Shown: positions 8,862-18,490, counted from the stretch's first letter. The stretch: 38,182 nucleotides of DNA from a virus (IMGVR_UViG_3300032373_000049:1-38182), one strand, 5' to 3'. The notes: generated from the sequence alone by a model not told the origin. Numbers and translations are program-made.

Positions 8862-10985
8862 ATGAAGCCTGCAAAACTTACAAAAGACAAAATCCAACAG
8901 GTTGTTAGCAGCGCGATTGAAGACGCGATTTCGTTCATTGAGGGCGAGATTGCACCGGATCGCATCCGCGCGCAAAAATACTTCGATGGCAGGGTTAATC
9001 TGGAAACAGAGGATGGCCGGTCTAAGGTCGTGGCGACAAAATGCCGTGACACTATCCGGGCCGTTAAGCCATCGCTTATGCGCGTTTTCTTGCAGTCTGG
9101 AAAGCCGGTCGAATTCGTGCCACGCAGCCAGCAAACCGCAGACGCGGCAGGGCAGGCGACGAATTACGCAAGCAGCGTGTTTGATCGCAATAAGGGTTTC
9201 GACTTCCTGAGCGATGTTTTTCACGATGCCTTGATTAAAAAGGTGGGCATCGGAAAGGTCTGGTATGACGAAGTGCCGCACGTCGAAATTGACGAATACA
9301 CCGGCATCAATGATGACTTCTTAGCCCTTCTTGATTCCGATGATGAAACCGAGTTTCTAGAGGTCACTGTTGAACAGGAGGCTGAACAAGTCCCGTCTCC
9401 TGACGGCATGTCGGTATCTATGACGCCAGCGATTTACAATGCGCGGGTTGCGCATACATCCACGCGTGGGGAAATCAAAATCAAATCCGTTCCGCCGGAG
9501 GATTTTTTCGTTGATCGGGGCGCGACGTGCCTGGATGACGCCTACGTCGTTGGCCACACCAGCGAAATGCGGGTTGGCGACTTGGTGGCGATGGGCTTTG
9601 ATTTTTCGACGGTGTTCGATCTTGCGGGCGCTGGCGATGGCGGGTCGCGTGATGAAGAGGAGCAGACGAGAACGCAGAGCGGATACAGCGACGACAGCGA
9701 CGAAGCGTCATCTATCGACCCATCAATGCGCGAAATCAGGGTGACAGAAGCCTATATGCGCATGGATATCGAGGGGACCGGCATCCCACGCCTCTACAAG
9801 TTCATTTGCGCTGGCCAAGGTTATGAGGTGCTAGAGCAAGAACTGTGCGACTTTGTACCGTTTGCCGTGTTCGAGGTTGACCCGGAGCCGCACACATTTT
9901 TTGGCCGGTCGCTGGTGGACATCATCACGCATGACCAAGACGCCAGCACGTCGCTGTTGCGCGGCATGATCGACGGCATTCACCTGGCCAATAACCCGCG
10001 CCTTGTGGTCAATGCCAGCATGGTCCAAATGGATGACGTGCTGAACAACGAGATTGGCGGCATTATCCGGGCAAAGGACGTCAACGCAATCCGCGAAATC
10101 GTCATGGGCATGGGGTCCGGCGCGACTATGCCGGTGATCCAGTATTATGACGAGCTTATTCGTTCCAAGACGGGCGTTAGCGGGGCGGGGATGGGCATGG
10201 ACCCGGACGCGCTGCAATCACAGACCGCTGCGGGTGTTAATGCCGCTGTGCAGGCTGCTAGTGCGGTCTCTGAGCTTATCGCAAGGACTCTGGCAGAAGG
10301 CGGCATGACACAGCTTTTCCGGCTTGTTGCGCAGATCGCGCGGGCCAACCCGAACCCCGAAGAAATGATGCGGATAGACGGGCGTTTTGTGCCGGTTGAT
10401 CCTCGTTCATGGACCGCTGACATGGACGTGATGGTCAACGTTGGCCTTGGCACAAACCAGCACGCCGAACGTCTCATGACGCTAAACCAGACGTTGCAAA
10501 TGCAAATGCAGATTTGGCAATCTTACGGGCCGTCAAACGGCATCGTTTCGCTGACCGGCATCCGCAACACGATGGCCGATGTCATGGCCCTTGGCGGCAT
10601 CCACAACGCTAATCGGTATATCAACCCGATGGACGCGCAAACAGAGCAAGCCATGATGCAGCAGCAGGCACAGCAAGCGGAACAGGCGGCACAGGGCCAG
10701 CAAGGCGGCGATCCCAACGCGGCGTATTTGCAAGCTGAACAGATGAAGGTCAGCGCCCGGACGCAAGCCGACATGATGAAAGCGCAGACCGACATGCAAA
10801 AAGCGGCGATGAATGACGACCGCGAACGGGACAAGATGCAGCAAGACCTGGCGCTTGGCGCGGCTGAGATTCTCGGCAAATACGGCGCAACGGTTGACGT
10901 TGCACGGATCCGCCAAGAGCAGGCCATGACGCAGCCCATGGGGCAACAGCCCATGAACCAGCCGGGGATGAATAATGTCAGGTAA
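8862..10985 (+). CDS. Portal protein (P22-like, long Q-rich C-terminal coiled coil)
   Basis: 707 aa; GRSKVV, DALIKKVGIGKV, VPPEDFFVD and PEPHTFFGRSLVD motifs; AAGGA RBS. Confidence 0.9.
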   Translation: MKPAKLTKDKIQQVVSSAIEDAISFIEGEIAPDRIRAQKYFDGRVNLETEDGRSKVVATKCRDTIRAVKPSLMRVFLQSGKPVEFVPRSQQTADAAGQATNYASSVFDRNKGFDFLSDVFHDALIKKVGIGKVWYDEVPHVEIDEYTGINDDFLALLDSDDETEFLEVTVEQEAEQVPSPDGMSVSMTPAIYNARVAHTSTRGEIKIKSVPPEDFFVDRGATCLDDAYVVGHTSEMRVGDLVAMGFDFSTVFDLAGAGDGGSRDEEEQTRTQSGYSDDSDEASSIDPSMREIRVTEAYMRMDIEGTGIPRLYKFICAGQGYEVLEQELCDFVPFAVFEVDPEPHTFFGRSLVDIITHDQDASTSLLRGMIDGIHLANNPRLVVNASMVQMDDVLNNEIGGIIRAKDVNAIREIVMGMGSGATMPVIQYYDELIRSKTGVSGAGMGMDPDALQSQTAAGVNAAVQAASAVSELIARTLAEGGMTQLFRLVAQIARANPNPEEMMRIDGRFVPVDPRSWTADMDVMVNVGLGTNQHAERLMTLNQTLQMQMQIWQSYGPSNGIVSLTGIRNTMADVMALGGIHNANRYINPMDAQTEQAMMQQQAQQAEQAAQGQQGGDPNAAYLQAEQMKVSARTQADMMKAQTDMQKAAMNDDRERDKMQQDLALGAAEILGKYGATVDVARIRQEQAMTQPMGQQPMNQPGMNNVR

Positions 10986-11235
10986 TGTCAAACAGCGTGC
11001 GCTCGAAGCGCGTCAGTTGTTCGAAAACCCAATATTCATTGGGCTTTTGGATGATGTTCTTGCCGACGCGACGGAATTGTTTCTAAACCCGTCTTGTGAT
11101 AACGTCAGGTTATCCGAAGCGCATGAGCGTGTTAGGGCAGTCAACATTGTCAAGGCCACACTCCAATCCAGACTTTCGGACGAGGCGGTTCACGACAAAC
11201 AGCAAGAGAAAGCGCAGCACCGTGGAAGCGACTGA
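10975..11235 (+). CDS. Small conserved head-module protein
   Basis: 86 aa ORF between portal and scaffold, a typical position. Confidence 0.6.
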   Translation: MSGNVKQRALEARQLFENPIFIGLLDDVLADATELFLNPSCDNVRLSEAHERVRAVNIVKATLQSRLSDEAVHDKQQEKAQHRGSD

Positions 11236-12172
11236 GCATAGCATCGAGGATCTAGCGGCAAGCCTGCTAGCCCCACAGCCGGAAACTGATGAGGCCGAAG
11301 AGGTATCGCAAGAGATTGCGCCCGAAGAGGCTGAGGAAGAACCGGTTGAAGCCGAAGAGGCATCGGCTGATGAAGAACAGGCCAATGAGGAAGACGAAAG
11401 CGAACCCGCTCAAGAATCGCCCGAACAGACCTACACTGTCAAAGTTGATGGTGTGGAGCAGCAGGTAACGATTGACGAGCTACGGCGAGGCTATTCTGGG
11501 AACTCATACGTGCAAAAGGGCATGCAAGAAGCGGCGGCAAAACGGAAAGAAGCCGATGCGATTGCGCAAGCCCTGCAATCTGAACGAGAGCAATTCCTGC
11601 AAACCGTGCAGGCCGTCCAGCAACGCGGCTTTACGCCGCCACCGACGCGACCAGATATTGCAATGATGGACCGCGACCCGATGGGATACATGCGCGCCAA
11701 TGCTCAGTATGAGGCCGACGCGGCCCATTACCAAGCAGAACAAGCGCAGATCCAACAGGCGATGCAACAGCAACAGCAAGTCACAGCGCGTCAACAGCAA
11801 GAGTTTGTCCGGCAAGAGGCTGAAAAGCTAAAGGCCATCATTCCCGAATTTGGCGACCCTGCCAAAATCGAGAGTTTGCGGCAGGACTTGGTGCGGGCTG
11901 GCACGGAGGGCTATGGGTTCACGGCTGACGAAGTTTCGTCAATCACTGATTCCAGAGCGGTCAAGGTTTTGCACGACGCTGCGCAATGGCGCGCATTGCA
12001 GGCTGGTAAATCTGCGGTCAAAGAAAAGGCCAAAACGACCCAGCAACGGACTATTGCTCCAACTGCAAAGCGCCAAGAACCGGCTCAGCTTGCACGAAAA
12101 AAGCAACTTGAACAAGCAAAACGCAGCCAGCGGCCCGAGGATTTCGCGGCCCTATTGCTGCAACGCCAATGA
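11222..12172 (+). CDS. Capsid scaffolding protein
   Basis: Acidic N-terminus, YTVKVDGVEQQVTIDELRRGYS motif, coiled coil; likely GTG start at 11222; precedes MCP. Confidence 0.85.
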   Translation: MEATEHSIEDLAASLLAPQPETDEAEEVSQEIAPEEAEEEPVEAEEASADEEQANEEDESEPAQESPEQTYTVKVDGVEQQVTIDELRRGYSGNSYVQKGMQEAAAKRKEADAIAQALQSEREQFLQTVQAVQQRGFTPPPTRPDIAMMDRDPMGYMRANAQYEADAAHYQAEQAQIQQAMQQQQQVTARQQQEFVRQEAEKLKAIIPEFGDPAKIESLRQDLVRAGTEGYGFTADEVSSITDSRAVKVLHDAAQWRALQAGKSAVKEKAKTTQQRTIAPTAKRQEPAQLARKKQLEQAKRSQRPEDFAALLLQRQ

Positions 12173-12180
12173 GGTAACAA

Positions 12181-13137
12181 ATGGCACAACCAGTTCACAC
12201 CCATGACACCTATGACCAAGTAGGTATCCGCGAGGATTTGTCAGACATCATCACCAACATTTCGCCGGAAGAGACGCCGTTTTATACTGCGTGCGGCAAG
12301 ACCAAGGCGGCGAACACCTTGCACGAATGGCAGACCGATGCGCTGGCGGCGGCTGCTGAAAACGCGCATGTTGAAGGTGGCGACACCACGGCAACCGCCG
12401 TTACGCCGACCGTGCGTCTGGGCAATTACACTCAGATCATGAAAAAGGCGGTTTCGATTCCTGGCACTGACTCCGGCATTGATAAAGCCGGTCGCGCCAA
12501 GGAAATGTCGTATCAGCTTGTCAAGAAAACTGCCGAGTTGAAGCTTGACATCGAAAAGGCGCTCTTCGCCAATCAGGCGCGTTCGGCGGGCAGTTCGACC
12601 ACGGCACGATTCATGGCGGGCGCTCCTGCGTGGCTTGTGACCAACACCAACTTCCAAAGCGGAGCGTCTGGTGCAAACCCGACCGGCGACGGCACCGATG
12701 CCCGGACTGACGACGGCACCCCAACGGCGTTTTCGCAGACCAAGTTCGATGATGTCATGCAGGATATTTGGGTTTCTGGCGGCAAGCCTGAAAGCGTTTA
12801 CCTTTCGTCATTCCAGATGAACTTGGCGCTTGGCTTCACGGGCAACAACAACCAGCGATCTACCGTCAAATCTGAGTCGGAAAAGGTCATCAAGCACATG
12901 GCCGTCTATGTGACGCCGTGGGGGACAGTCGAATTCAAACCGGCGCGTCACAACCGTGGCCGTGATGTTTTCATCATGGAAGATGACAAGTGGAAGGTCG
13001 CGAATCTCCGCTCGCTCAAATCGACCGAGCTTGCAAGAACCGGCGACAGCGAGAAGCGCCAGTTGGTCTGCGAGCAAACCTTGGTCTGCTTGAACGAAGC
13101 CGCTTCTGGCGGCATCTTCGACAACACCGTATCGTAA
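12181..13137 (+). CDS. Major capsid protein (DUF5309/SU10-type)
   Basis: GIREDLSDIITNISPEETPF, HEWQTDAL, RLGNYTQI and LARTGDSEK motifs; GAGGT RBS. Confidence 0.92.
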   Translation: MAQPVHTHDTYDQVGIREDLSDIITNISPEETPFYTACGKTKAANTLHEWQTDALAAAAENAHVEGGDTTATAVTPTVRLGNYTQIMKKAVSIPGTDSGIDKAGRAKEMSYQLVKKTAELKLDIEKALFANQARSAGSSTTARFMAGAPAWLVTNTNFQSGASGANPTGDGTDARTDDGTPTAFSQTKFDDVMQDIWVSGGKPESVYLSSFQMNLALGFTGNNNQRSTVKSESEKVIKHMAVYVTPWGTVEFKPARHNRGRDVFIMEDDKWKVANLRSLKSTELARTGDSEKRQLVCEQTLVCLNEAASGGIFDNTVS

Positions 13138-13141
13138 GGAG
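13127..13141 (+). repeat. 15-bp direct repeat CCGTATCGTAAGGAG, copy 1 (copy 2 at 13578-13592)
   Basis: Identical sequence at the 3' ends of MCP and of the next gene. Confidence 0.85.
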
Positions 13142-13150
13142 GGCTTGAAA

Positions 13151-13588
13151 ATGGCTTCTGAATACAAACCAAACTTTGGGGTTTTGGCCCTGACCGCATC
13201 GGCAACGCTTAACGCTGACGCATACGGCGGAAAGACCGTCATCCTGAACGCTGCGGCTGGCCTATCGGTTACGCTTCCTGCGGCAACCGGCAGCGGCGTT
13301 ACTTTTGACGTTGTTGTTGGTACGACTGTCACCTCAAACGCTTTGATTGTACAGGTCACTACGACCGACATCATTCAAGGCGCTGTGGGTGTGGCAACCG
13401 ACGCATCTGGCGTGGTTATCCCCACGGCAGCAACGTCTGACACCATCACCATGAACGGCTCTACGACCGGCGGCGTCAAGGGGTCAAACCTGCGAGTGCA
13501 GGACGTAGCATCCGGTGTCTGGTCTGTCTCTGGCATGTTGGTTTCGACCGGCACCGAGGCAACGCCATTCAGCGCAGCCGTATCGTAA
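13151..13588 (+). CDS. Putative capsid decoration / head fibre protein
   Basis: AGGAGG RBS; Thr/Ala/Val/Gly-rich beta protein with VTLPAATGSG motif directly after MCP. Confidence 0.65.
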   Translation: MASEYKPNFGVLALTASATLNADAYGGKTVILNAAAGLSVTLPAATGSGVTFDVVVGTTVTSNALIVQVTTTDIIQGAVGVATDASGVVIPTAATSDTITMNGSTTGGVKGSNLRVQDVASGVWSVSGMLVSTGTEATPFSAAVS

Positions 13589-13598
13589 GGAGAGCGGA

Positions 13599-13895
13599 AT
13601 GCGGAAGTACATTGTCACATGCAAGGCGCTTCCGCCTTCCCTTGGGTTGCTAAAGCGCGGCGCGGTTTTCGAAATGCACGAGGATCGCGCCGCGCACATT
13701 CGCAATACATGGCCACACATTACATTTGACGAGGTTTCGGATGAAAATCGCGGAGAAAGCGTTCGCGCAGGATGGCAAGTTAATCATCCAACAGACGCAC
13801 GACTTCAACCCGACGCTAAAGGCAGCGCAGACGCTCCGGTCAAACGGCCTCGTGGGCGACCAAGAAAAAAAGCTGCTGGGCCTAGTCCCGCTTAA
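13599..13895 (+). CDS. Small protein with C-terminal AT-hook-like KRPRGRPRKK tail
   Basis: AAGGAG RBS before ATG 13599; last 155 nt overlap the next gene. Confidence 0.55.
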   Translation: MRKYIVTCKALPPSLGLLKRGAVFEMHEDRAAHIRNTWPHITFDEVSDENRGESVRAGWQVNHPTDARLQPDAKGSADAPVKRPRGRPRKKAAGPSPA

Positions 13896-14025
13896 GCTAT
13901 GGGCTGAGTGGGGCAAGAAATGGGGTGTCAATCCGAATGACACGAAGGCCATGCGCGAGGTTGTAGCGCGTGAGCTAAACAACTCCGACAATGCACACTT
14001 GCGCGTTTGGGAAGGCACCTTTTAA
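13741..14025 (+). CDS. Small conserved post-capsid protein
   Basis: GAGGT RBS; LNNSDNAHLRVWEG C-terminal motif of a family found after this type of MCP; stop overlaps the next start. Confidence 0.7.
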   Translation: MKIAEKAFAQDGKLIIQQTHDFNPTLKAAQTLRSNGLVGDQEKKLLGLVPLKLWAEWGKKWGVNPNDTKAMREVVARELNNSDNAHLRVWEGTF

Positions 14026-15476
14026 TGCCTGATATTGACGACATTGAAGATGGCGAGATTGGCAGCAGCGTTCGCGCCAAAATCAACGCATCATTCACAA
14101 AACTAAACGGCATATCAGACGGCGGGGAGCCAAACCCCACGCCCGCCGAAATTCTCGCATCACTGATAACGGTTGATGGCGCAGGCTCAGGTCTGGACGC
14201 TGATTTGCTGGACGGCAACCACGCGGCAGCATTCGCCACGGCGGCGCAGGGTGCTACTGCTGACACCGCGTTGCAGCCTGGTGCCATTGGCGTGACAGTG
14301 CAGGCCTATGATTCCGTCCTTGCTGCAACAACCGCGTCTTTCACGACGGCTGACGAAGCGAAGCTTGACGGCATTGAAGCCCTTGCCGATGTCACCGACG
14401 CAACGAATGTGACCGCAGCCGGTGCGCTTATGGACAGCGAACTAGCCGACATCGCGGCGGTCAAAGCGCTTGACCAGGGTGTTGCCACAACCGACAGCCC
14501 GACATTTGCGGGCGCGACAGTTAACGGCAATATCACCGTAACTGGCACGGTTGACGGGCGCGACGTCGCAGCAGATGGCATAATCCTTGACGCGCTGAAT
14601 AGCGGCATTATCCCTGTGACCCACAGCGGCGGGAATGGCACGGCGGTAACGCTTGCCGCTAACGCAAGCCGGGTCATGGTGTTCACTGATGGCAACCTTG
14701 CCGATGACGCGACCTATACGTTCACGCCCGGAACGGACACGGTGACGCCTGTAGGCACATGGCCGACCGGGACTGACAACATCGTCATCTATGCACTGAC
14801 GGGCCTTGATGCGTTTTCGCTGGATTTTGACACCATCCCCACGGGTTCTGCGGGTTCACCATCCTTGGCGCATACAGGCGACCCTGACACCGGTCGATAT
14901 AGCCCCGGCGCGAATGCGTTGGCGTGGGCGACGGGTGGCACCAAGCGGCTGCATCTGACCAGCACAGAATACACGGTTGACGTGCCAGTTGAAGGCACGG
15001 CGGTCACACAGACGGCAACAGACACCACAGCCGGGCGGTTACTTAAGGTTGGTGACTACGGCGCGGGCGGCGCGGCTGGAACGGTCCTTTTCGGGCGTGC
15101 GAATATTCTCGGTACAGTGTCGCAAAGCGCGGGTGTGCCGACCGGGGGGGTAATTGAGCAAGGCTCAAACTCCAACGGCAATTACGTGCGCTTTGCTGAT
15201 GGCACACAGATTTGTTGGCACTCTACCAGCGTGACACAAGCCATCAGCATTGGCCTCCTAGGAGGGTTCCGAGACGTTGGGCAGACGTGGATCTTTCCGA
15301 TTGCATTCATTTCTGCACCGGTCGCAAGCGGGAACCCTCAAGCATTGACTAGCTTCAGTGTGACCATACCGACGACGACCCCCACAGCGAGTTCTGTTTT
15401 CCACACGGCAATTGCTTCACAGGCATCCGCCACACTTGAGGCAGACCTCATCGCAATTGGCCGCTGGTTCACGTAA
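14025..15476 (+). CDS. Tail fibre protein (mosaic)
   Basis: GSGLDADLLDG and KLDGIEALADVTD fibre motifs; C-terminal GSNSNGNYVRFADGTQICW...IGRW fibre-tip domain. Confidence 0.85.
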   Translation: MPDIDDIEDGEIGSSVRAKINASFTKLNGISDGGEPNPTPAEILASLITVDGAGSGLDADLLDGNHAAAFATAAQGATADTALQPGAIGVTVQAYDSVLAATTASFTTADEAKLDGIEALADVTDATNVTAAGALMDSELADIAAVKALDQGVATTDSPTFAGATVNGNITVTGTVDGRDVAADGIILDALNSGIIPVTHSGGNGTAVTLAANASRVMVFTDGNLADDATYTFTPGTDTVTPVGTWPTGTDNIVIYALTGLDAFSLDFDTIPTGSAGSPSLAHTGDPDTGRYSPGANALAWATGGTKRLHLTSTEYTVDVPVEGTAVTQTATDTTAGRLLKVGDYGAGGAAGTVLFGRANILGTVSQSAGVPTGGVIEQGSNSNGNYVRFADGTQICWHSTSVTQAISIGLLGGFRDVGQTWIFPIAFISAPVASGNPQALTSFSVTIPTTTPTASSVFHTAIASQASATLEADLIAIGRWFT

Positions 15477-15485
15477 GGAAACAAC

Positions 15486-17078
15486 ATGGCATACACACCA
15501 GACGGACAAACCATCAAAGTCTCCTTTGACAACCGGGCTGAGGCAGTTGCGGCTTATATCCGTGATGAGATCGATTACATCTTTGTCGGAGACCTTTTGT
15601 ACGTTAAGGACGTCGGCGGCACGGCGCTACCGACTAACGGAAATACTGTCAACTGGTCGCCTCCCCCCTCTCATATCACCCCCCAGCACTGGATCGAGAA
15701 CACCACCCCCGGTACGACTGATATGACATCGGCTATATTGTCGGCGTGTACGTTTGCATCTGCTATCAGCGATAGCGCCGGGGCCAGAAGCCAGCGCCCA
15801 GAGGTCAATATGCGCGGTGAACGCATGGGTATCTCAGAGACGGACGTGACCTATGGCGGCGTTCTTGTGACTGACCTGAACGGCTTCACGCTCCGTAACG
15901 GACAGCTTGAGGCCATCGGAACGTGGACTGCAACCGGCGCTGACCAGGCGCTTCTTTACCTTCGCGGTAATGCCGCCTTGCTGACGCACGTAACGGTCAA
16001 AGATATTACATTTGAGTGTGACCGGAAAACTGGTGCAATCACATTCGACAATTGCCGGTCTTGCGCCGGTAGCGACATTGTTGGCCACGGATTTATTAAG
16101 CACGGGCTTTCTTCGATCACCAAGAATAGTTCATTCTACGGTCATAATATCGACATGCAGGAATGGTTAATTACTGACAGCGGGTCAGACATCCAATCCA
16201 ATCGCGTTGCGTCCGGGTTCAAGTGGGAAACGGCTGACGGTAAACTGGTTAACTGTAAAGCCCAATTGTGTAACAAAAACTTTGAGCGGTCGGATATTGG
16301 CTACAATTGCATGCTGGTGAACTGCCATTTCTGGAACGGCTATGCACAGGGCGGCACCGAAGACCCTGAGACGATCTACAATATGTACATTGATGAGCCT
16401 AAAAACTTGCTCATCAGCAACCTGTATGCCGACACTGGCGTGCTGTATATCAATGCAGACGCGCTGGACAGCGGGGTTGGTGACTTTTTGTCGATCACAG
16501 GAGCCATGCACGTTCGGCTTGGAACTGGCGTCATAGGCGCTGGGCCTCAGATCATCATCCACACGACAACAGCCAACAATGACCTAGCCGGGCTGCATCT
16601 CATTTCCAACCTGTTCAACGAACAGGCCGACAACATAAAATTTACGACCGCCGGAAGCGGATCGTGGGCGACAAATCTAAAATGGACTTTCTGGGATTGT
16701 GTGCAATTTGACGGGACGGACGTGACACAAACCGGATACCCGACAACAGGAACCACAACTGCGCTGCCACAAAGTATGGCTGGCCGATTGCGGATCGACA
16801 GCAATAATGCACTTACAATAGGTAGGTCCGGTGACGCTATTGTTCAGGCGACAAGTTCACTGGACTTGGATGCAGACTATGGCAGCACGTCCGCAGCGGC
16901 CAACAGGGAAGTTCGTCTTGGCAATCGCGGGACATCGCACTTGGTTGTCCGCAGCGATGGCACTCTTTACGCACCGAGTCTCAGCACCTACGCTGACAAC
17001 GCGGCAGCGGTCACTGGCGGGCTTGCGGTCGGTGAGATATATCAGACATCGGCGGGGGCGCTGCGCATCCGCGTTTAA
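15486..17078 (+). CDS. Tailspike / beta-helix (pectin-lyase-like) putative depolymerase
   Basis: AAGGA RBS; Asn/Asp/Ile/Gly-rich beta-helix-like composition; C-terminal YADNAAAVTGGLAVGEIY motif. Confidence 0.65.
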   Translation: MAYTPDGQTIKVSFDNRAEAVAAYIRDEIDYIFVGDLLYVKDVGGTALPTNGNTVNWSPPPSHITPQHWIENTTPGTTDMTSAILSACTFASAISDSAGARSQRPEVNMRGERMGISETDVTYGGVLVTDLNGFTLRNGQLEAIGTWTATGADQALLYLRGNAALLTHVTVKDITFECDRKTGAITFDNCRSCAGSDIVGHGFIKHGLSSITKNSSFYGHNIDMQEWLITDSGSDIQSNRVASGFKWETADGKLVNCKAQLCNKNFERSDIGYNCMLVNCHFWNGYAQGGTEDPETIYNMYIDEPKNLLISNLYADTGVLYINADALDSGVGDFLSITGAMHVRLGTGVIGAGPQIIIHTTTANNDLAGLHLISNLFNEQADNIKFTTAGSGSWATNLKWTFWDCVQFDGTDVTQTGYPTTGTTTALPQSMAGRLRIDSNNALTIGRSGDAIVQATSSLDLDADYGSTSAAANREVRLGNRGTSHLVVRSDGTLYAPSLSTYADNAAAVTGGLAVGEIYQTSAGALRIRV

Positions 17079-17089
17079 AGGGGAACAAC

Positions 17090-17356
17090 ATGACCGTTTT
17101 AACAGCCGCCGAAATGGCGACACAACAGACAAACGCCGAAAGCATCCTGTCTCTAGCCAACGTGGTGCGCAACAAGGCAATGGCCGCTGCCGAGGAGTTG
17201 TGCGGCGTGGACAATGCGCAGGCCGCAATCATGCGCACCATCGCGTCGGACGCGTCTATTGCAGTCGCAGCGGCGCATCGCATGTTGGGGTCAGGATATG
17301 GTATCGACATTCCGACCAGCGGCGTCAACATTACCCCGAATTTCGGATCCAAATAG
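17090..17356 (+). CDS. Hypothetical protein
   Basis: AGGGA RBS, 88 aa, in operon. Confidence 0.6.
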   Translation: MTVLTAAEMATQQTNAESILSLANVVRNKAMAAAEELCGVDNAQAAIMRTIASDASIAVAAAHRMLGSGYGIDIPTSGVNITPNFGSK

Positions 17357-17357
17357 C

Positions 17358-17843
17358 ATGTGGTTTGCGTGGATCATCATGGCAGGCATTGCGGCGTGCG
17401 TGTCTAGGCGGCACAACCCGTGGCCCGCCGTGGCGATCCTCGCGGGGGTTGTCGCCATGCGTGCCGCTGTGCTGATTCCGCCCAACATGCAATTGCTGGC
17501 ATTCGCCGCGCTCTGGGTCGGTATCGGCGGTCTGATTATCCACAAACTACACTCGCCGTTGACAGGCGGGCTTATCGTCGCGTCTGGGTTGTGTTATGGT
17601 TGGGCGAGGCTCGTCGGGGTCGCGCCCGCGATAGGCGAATTGCCATTCGTTGCGGCTGATTTTCTCGGTGTCGTGGCCTTGATTGTGGCGGCGATAGGCG
17701 AGCGGAATCGTGGAAGTGTTAACCGGCATCATACTGGCGATACGCGCGGCGGAGGCTGGGTTTTGGGTAGCGTTGACAATCGACGCGTGCGCTCTGCTGG
17801 TGATTGTTTGGAAGGCCTGGGTGGCCAGAAAGGCCGGGGATGA
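17358..17843 (+). CDS. Multi-pass membrane protein
   Basis: About 4-5 hydrophobic segments from ATG 17358. Confidence 0.6.
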   Translation: MWFAWIIMAGIAACVSRRHNPWPAVAILAGVVAMRAAVLIPPNMQLLAFAALWVGIGGLIIHKLHSPLTGGLIVASGLCYGWARLVGVAPAIGELPFVAADFLGVVALIVAAIGERNRGSVNRHHTGDTRGGGWVLGSVDNRRVRSAGDCLEGLGGQKGRG

Positions 17844-17847
17844 ATGA
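17710..17847 (+). CDS. 45-aa membrane peptide nested in the 3' end of the previous gene (not in ORF track)
   Basis: GTG start gives MEVLTGIILAIRAAEAGFWVALTIDACALLVIVWKAWVARKAGDE; ATGA coupling to 17844. Confidence 0.45.
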   Translation: MEVLTGIILAIRAAEAGFWVALTIDACALLVIVWKAWVARKAGDE

Positions 17848-18077
17848 CCAAGGAAAAATTGCCCCTAGACAGGTCGTCAGCGCCGAAAGAGCCAGACAAC
17901 TGGGCGGCGCTGTATTCGGGCGCGGAGAAAGCGCACGACCTGTGGGCGGTCTTCGGGCCGGTCACGAATGTTGTCAGAAATTGGAAGTGGTGGGTGGCGG
18001 CATTCGCGTTCGTGGCGTGGTGGAACCGGCCAGACGTAGCACAAGCAATCCAGAGTTTGATCGGGGGCGGGCAATGA
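17844..18077 (+). CDS. Small membrane protein
   Basis: C-terminal Trp-rich TM segment (WKWWVAAFAFVAWW); ATGA coupling downstream. Confidence 0.6.
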   Translation: MTKEKLPLDRSSAPKEPDNWAALYSGAEKAHDLWAVFGPVTNVVRNWKWWVAAFAFVAWWNRPDVAQAIQSLIGGGQ

Positions 18078-18490
18078 GCGCTGTAACACATGCACTTGTC
18101 GGGTTTGGCCTTATCGGCGCGCTGGTCGCGGTATCCGATACGATTATTCCAGACGGCCAATCATCGCCTATCGTGGTTCACAGTTTGACCTATGCCGATG
18201 GCCAGATTACGCAAGATCGAACCGTTGCGGGCGACGGTGGCGTCACGTTGATGACGTGGGGTGCGCAGATCGTGAACGCGTCAACGGGGCGACCTGTCGC
18301 GGGATGCACTGGGTCCGGTACATGGCCCTATGAGCAAGGGCGTGTGGCTTTCACGATGCCGGTCGCGACGTGGGTCGGCTCAGAGGCGTGCAATTTGAGC
18401 ACAGGCGAGTATTACCCGCGCGCGGTTTACAGCGACGGCAATAGCGAACCTGTGACAGAGGCCGGCCCAGTATTCGAGGTAACAGAATGA
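18074..18490 (+). CDS. Membrane-anchored or exported beta-sandwich protein
   Basis: N-terminal hydrophobic segment from ATG 18074, two Cys, ATGA coupling on both sides. Confidence 0.6.
   Translation: MSAVTHALVGFGLIGALVAVSDTIIPDGQSSPIVVHSLTYADGQITQDRTVAGDGGVTLMTWGAQIVNASTGRPVAGCTGSGTWPYEQGRVAFTMPVATWVGSEACNLSTGEYYPRAVYSDGNSEPVTEAGPVFEVTE

Noticed and set aside
13135-13151. Readthrough or frameshift fusing MCP to the decoration gene
   Set aside because: Downstream gene is out of frame, has its own strong RBS, and no slippery sequence is visible
15144-15150. G7 tract in tail fibre as a phase-variation site
   Set aside because: Short, encodes Gly-Gly in a conserved motif, frame intact
14025-17078. 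Diversity-generating retroelement or invertible tail-fibre cassette
   Set aside because: No reverse transcriptase, no TR/VR pair noticed, no inverted alternative tips, and the only recombinase-like gene lacks catalytic residues
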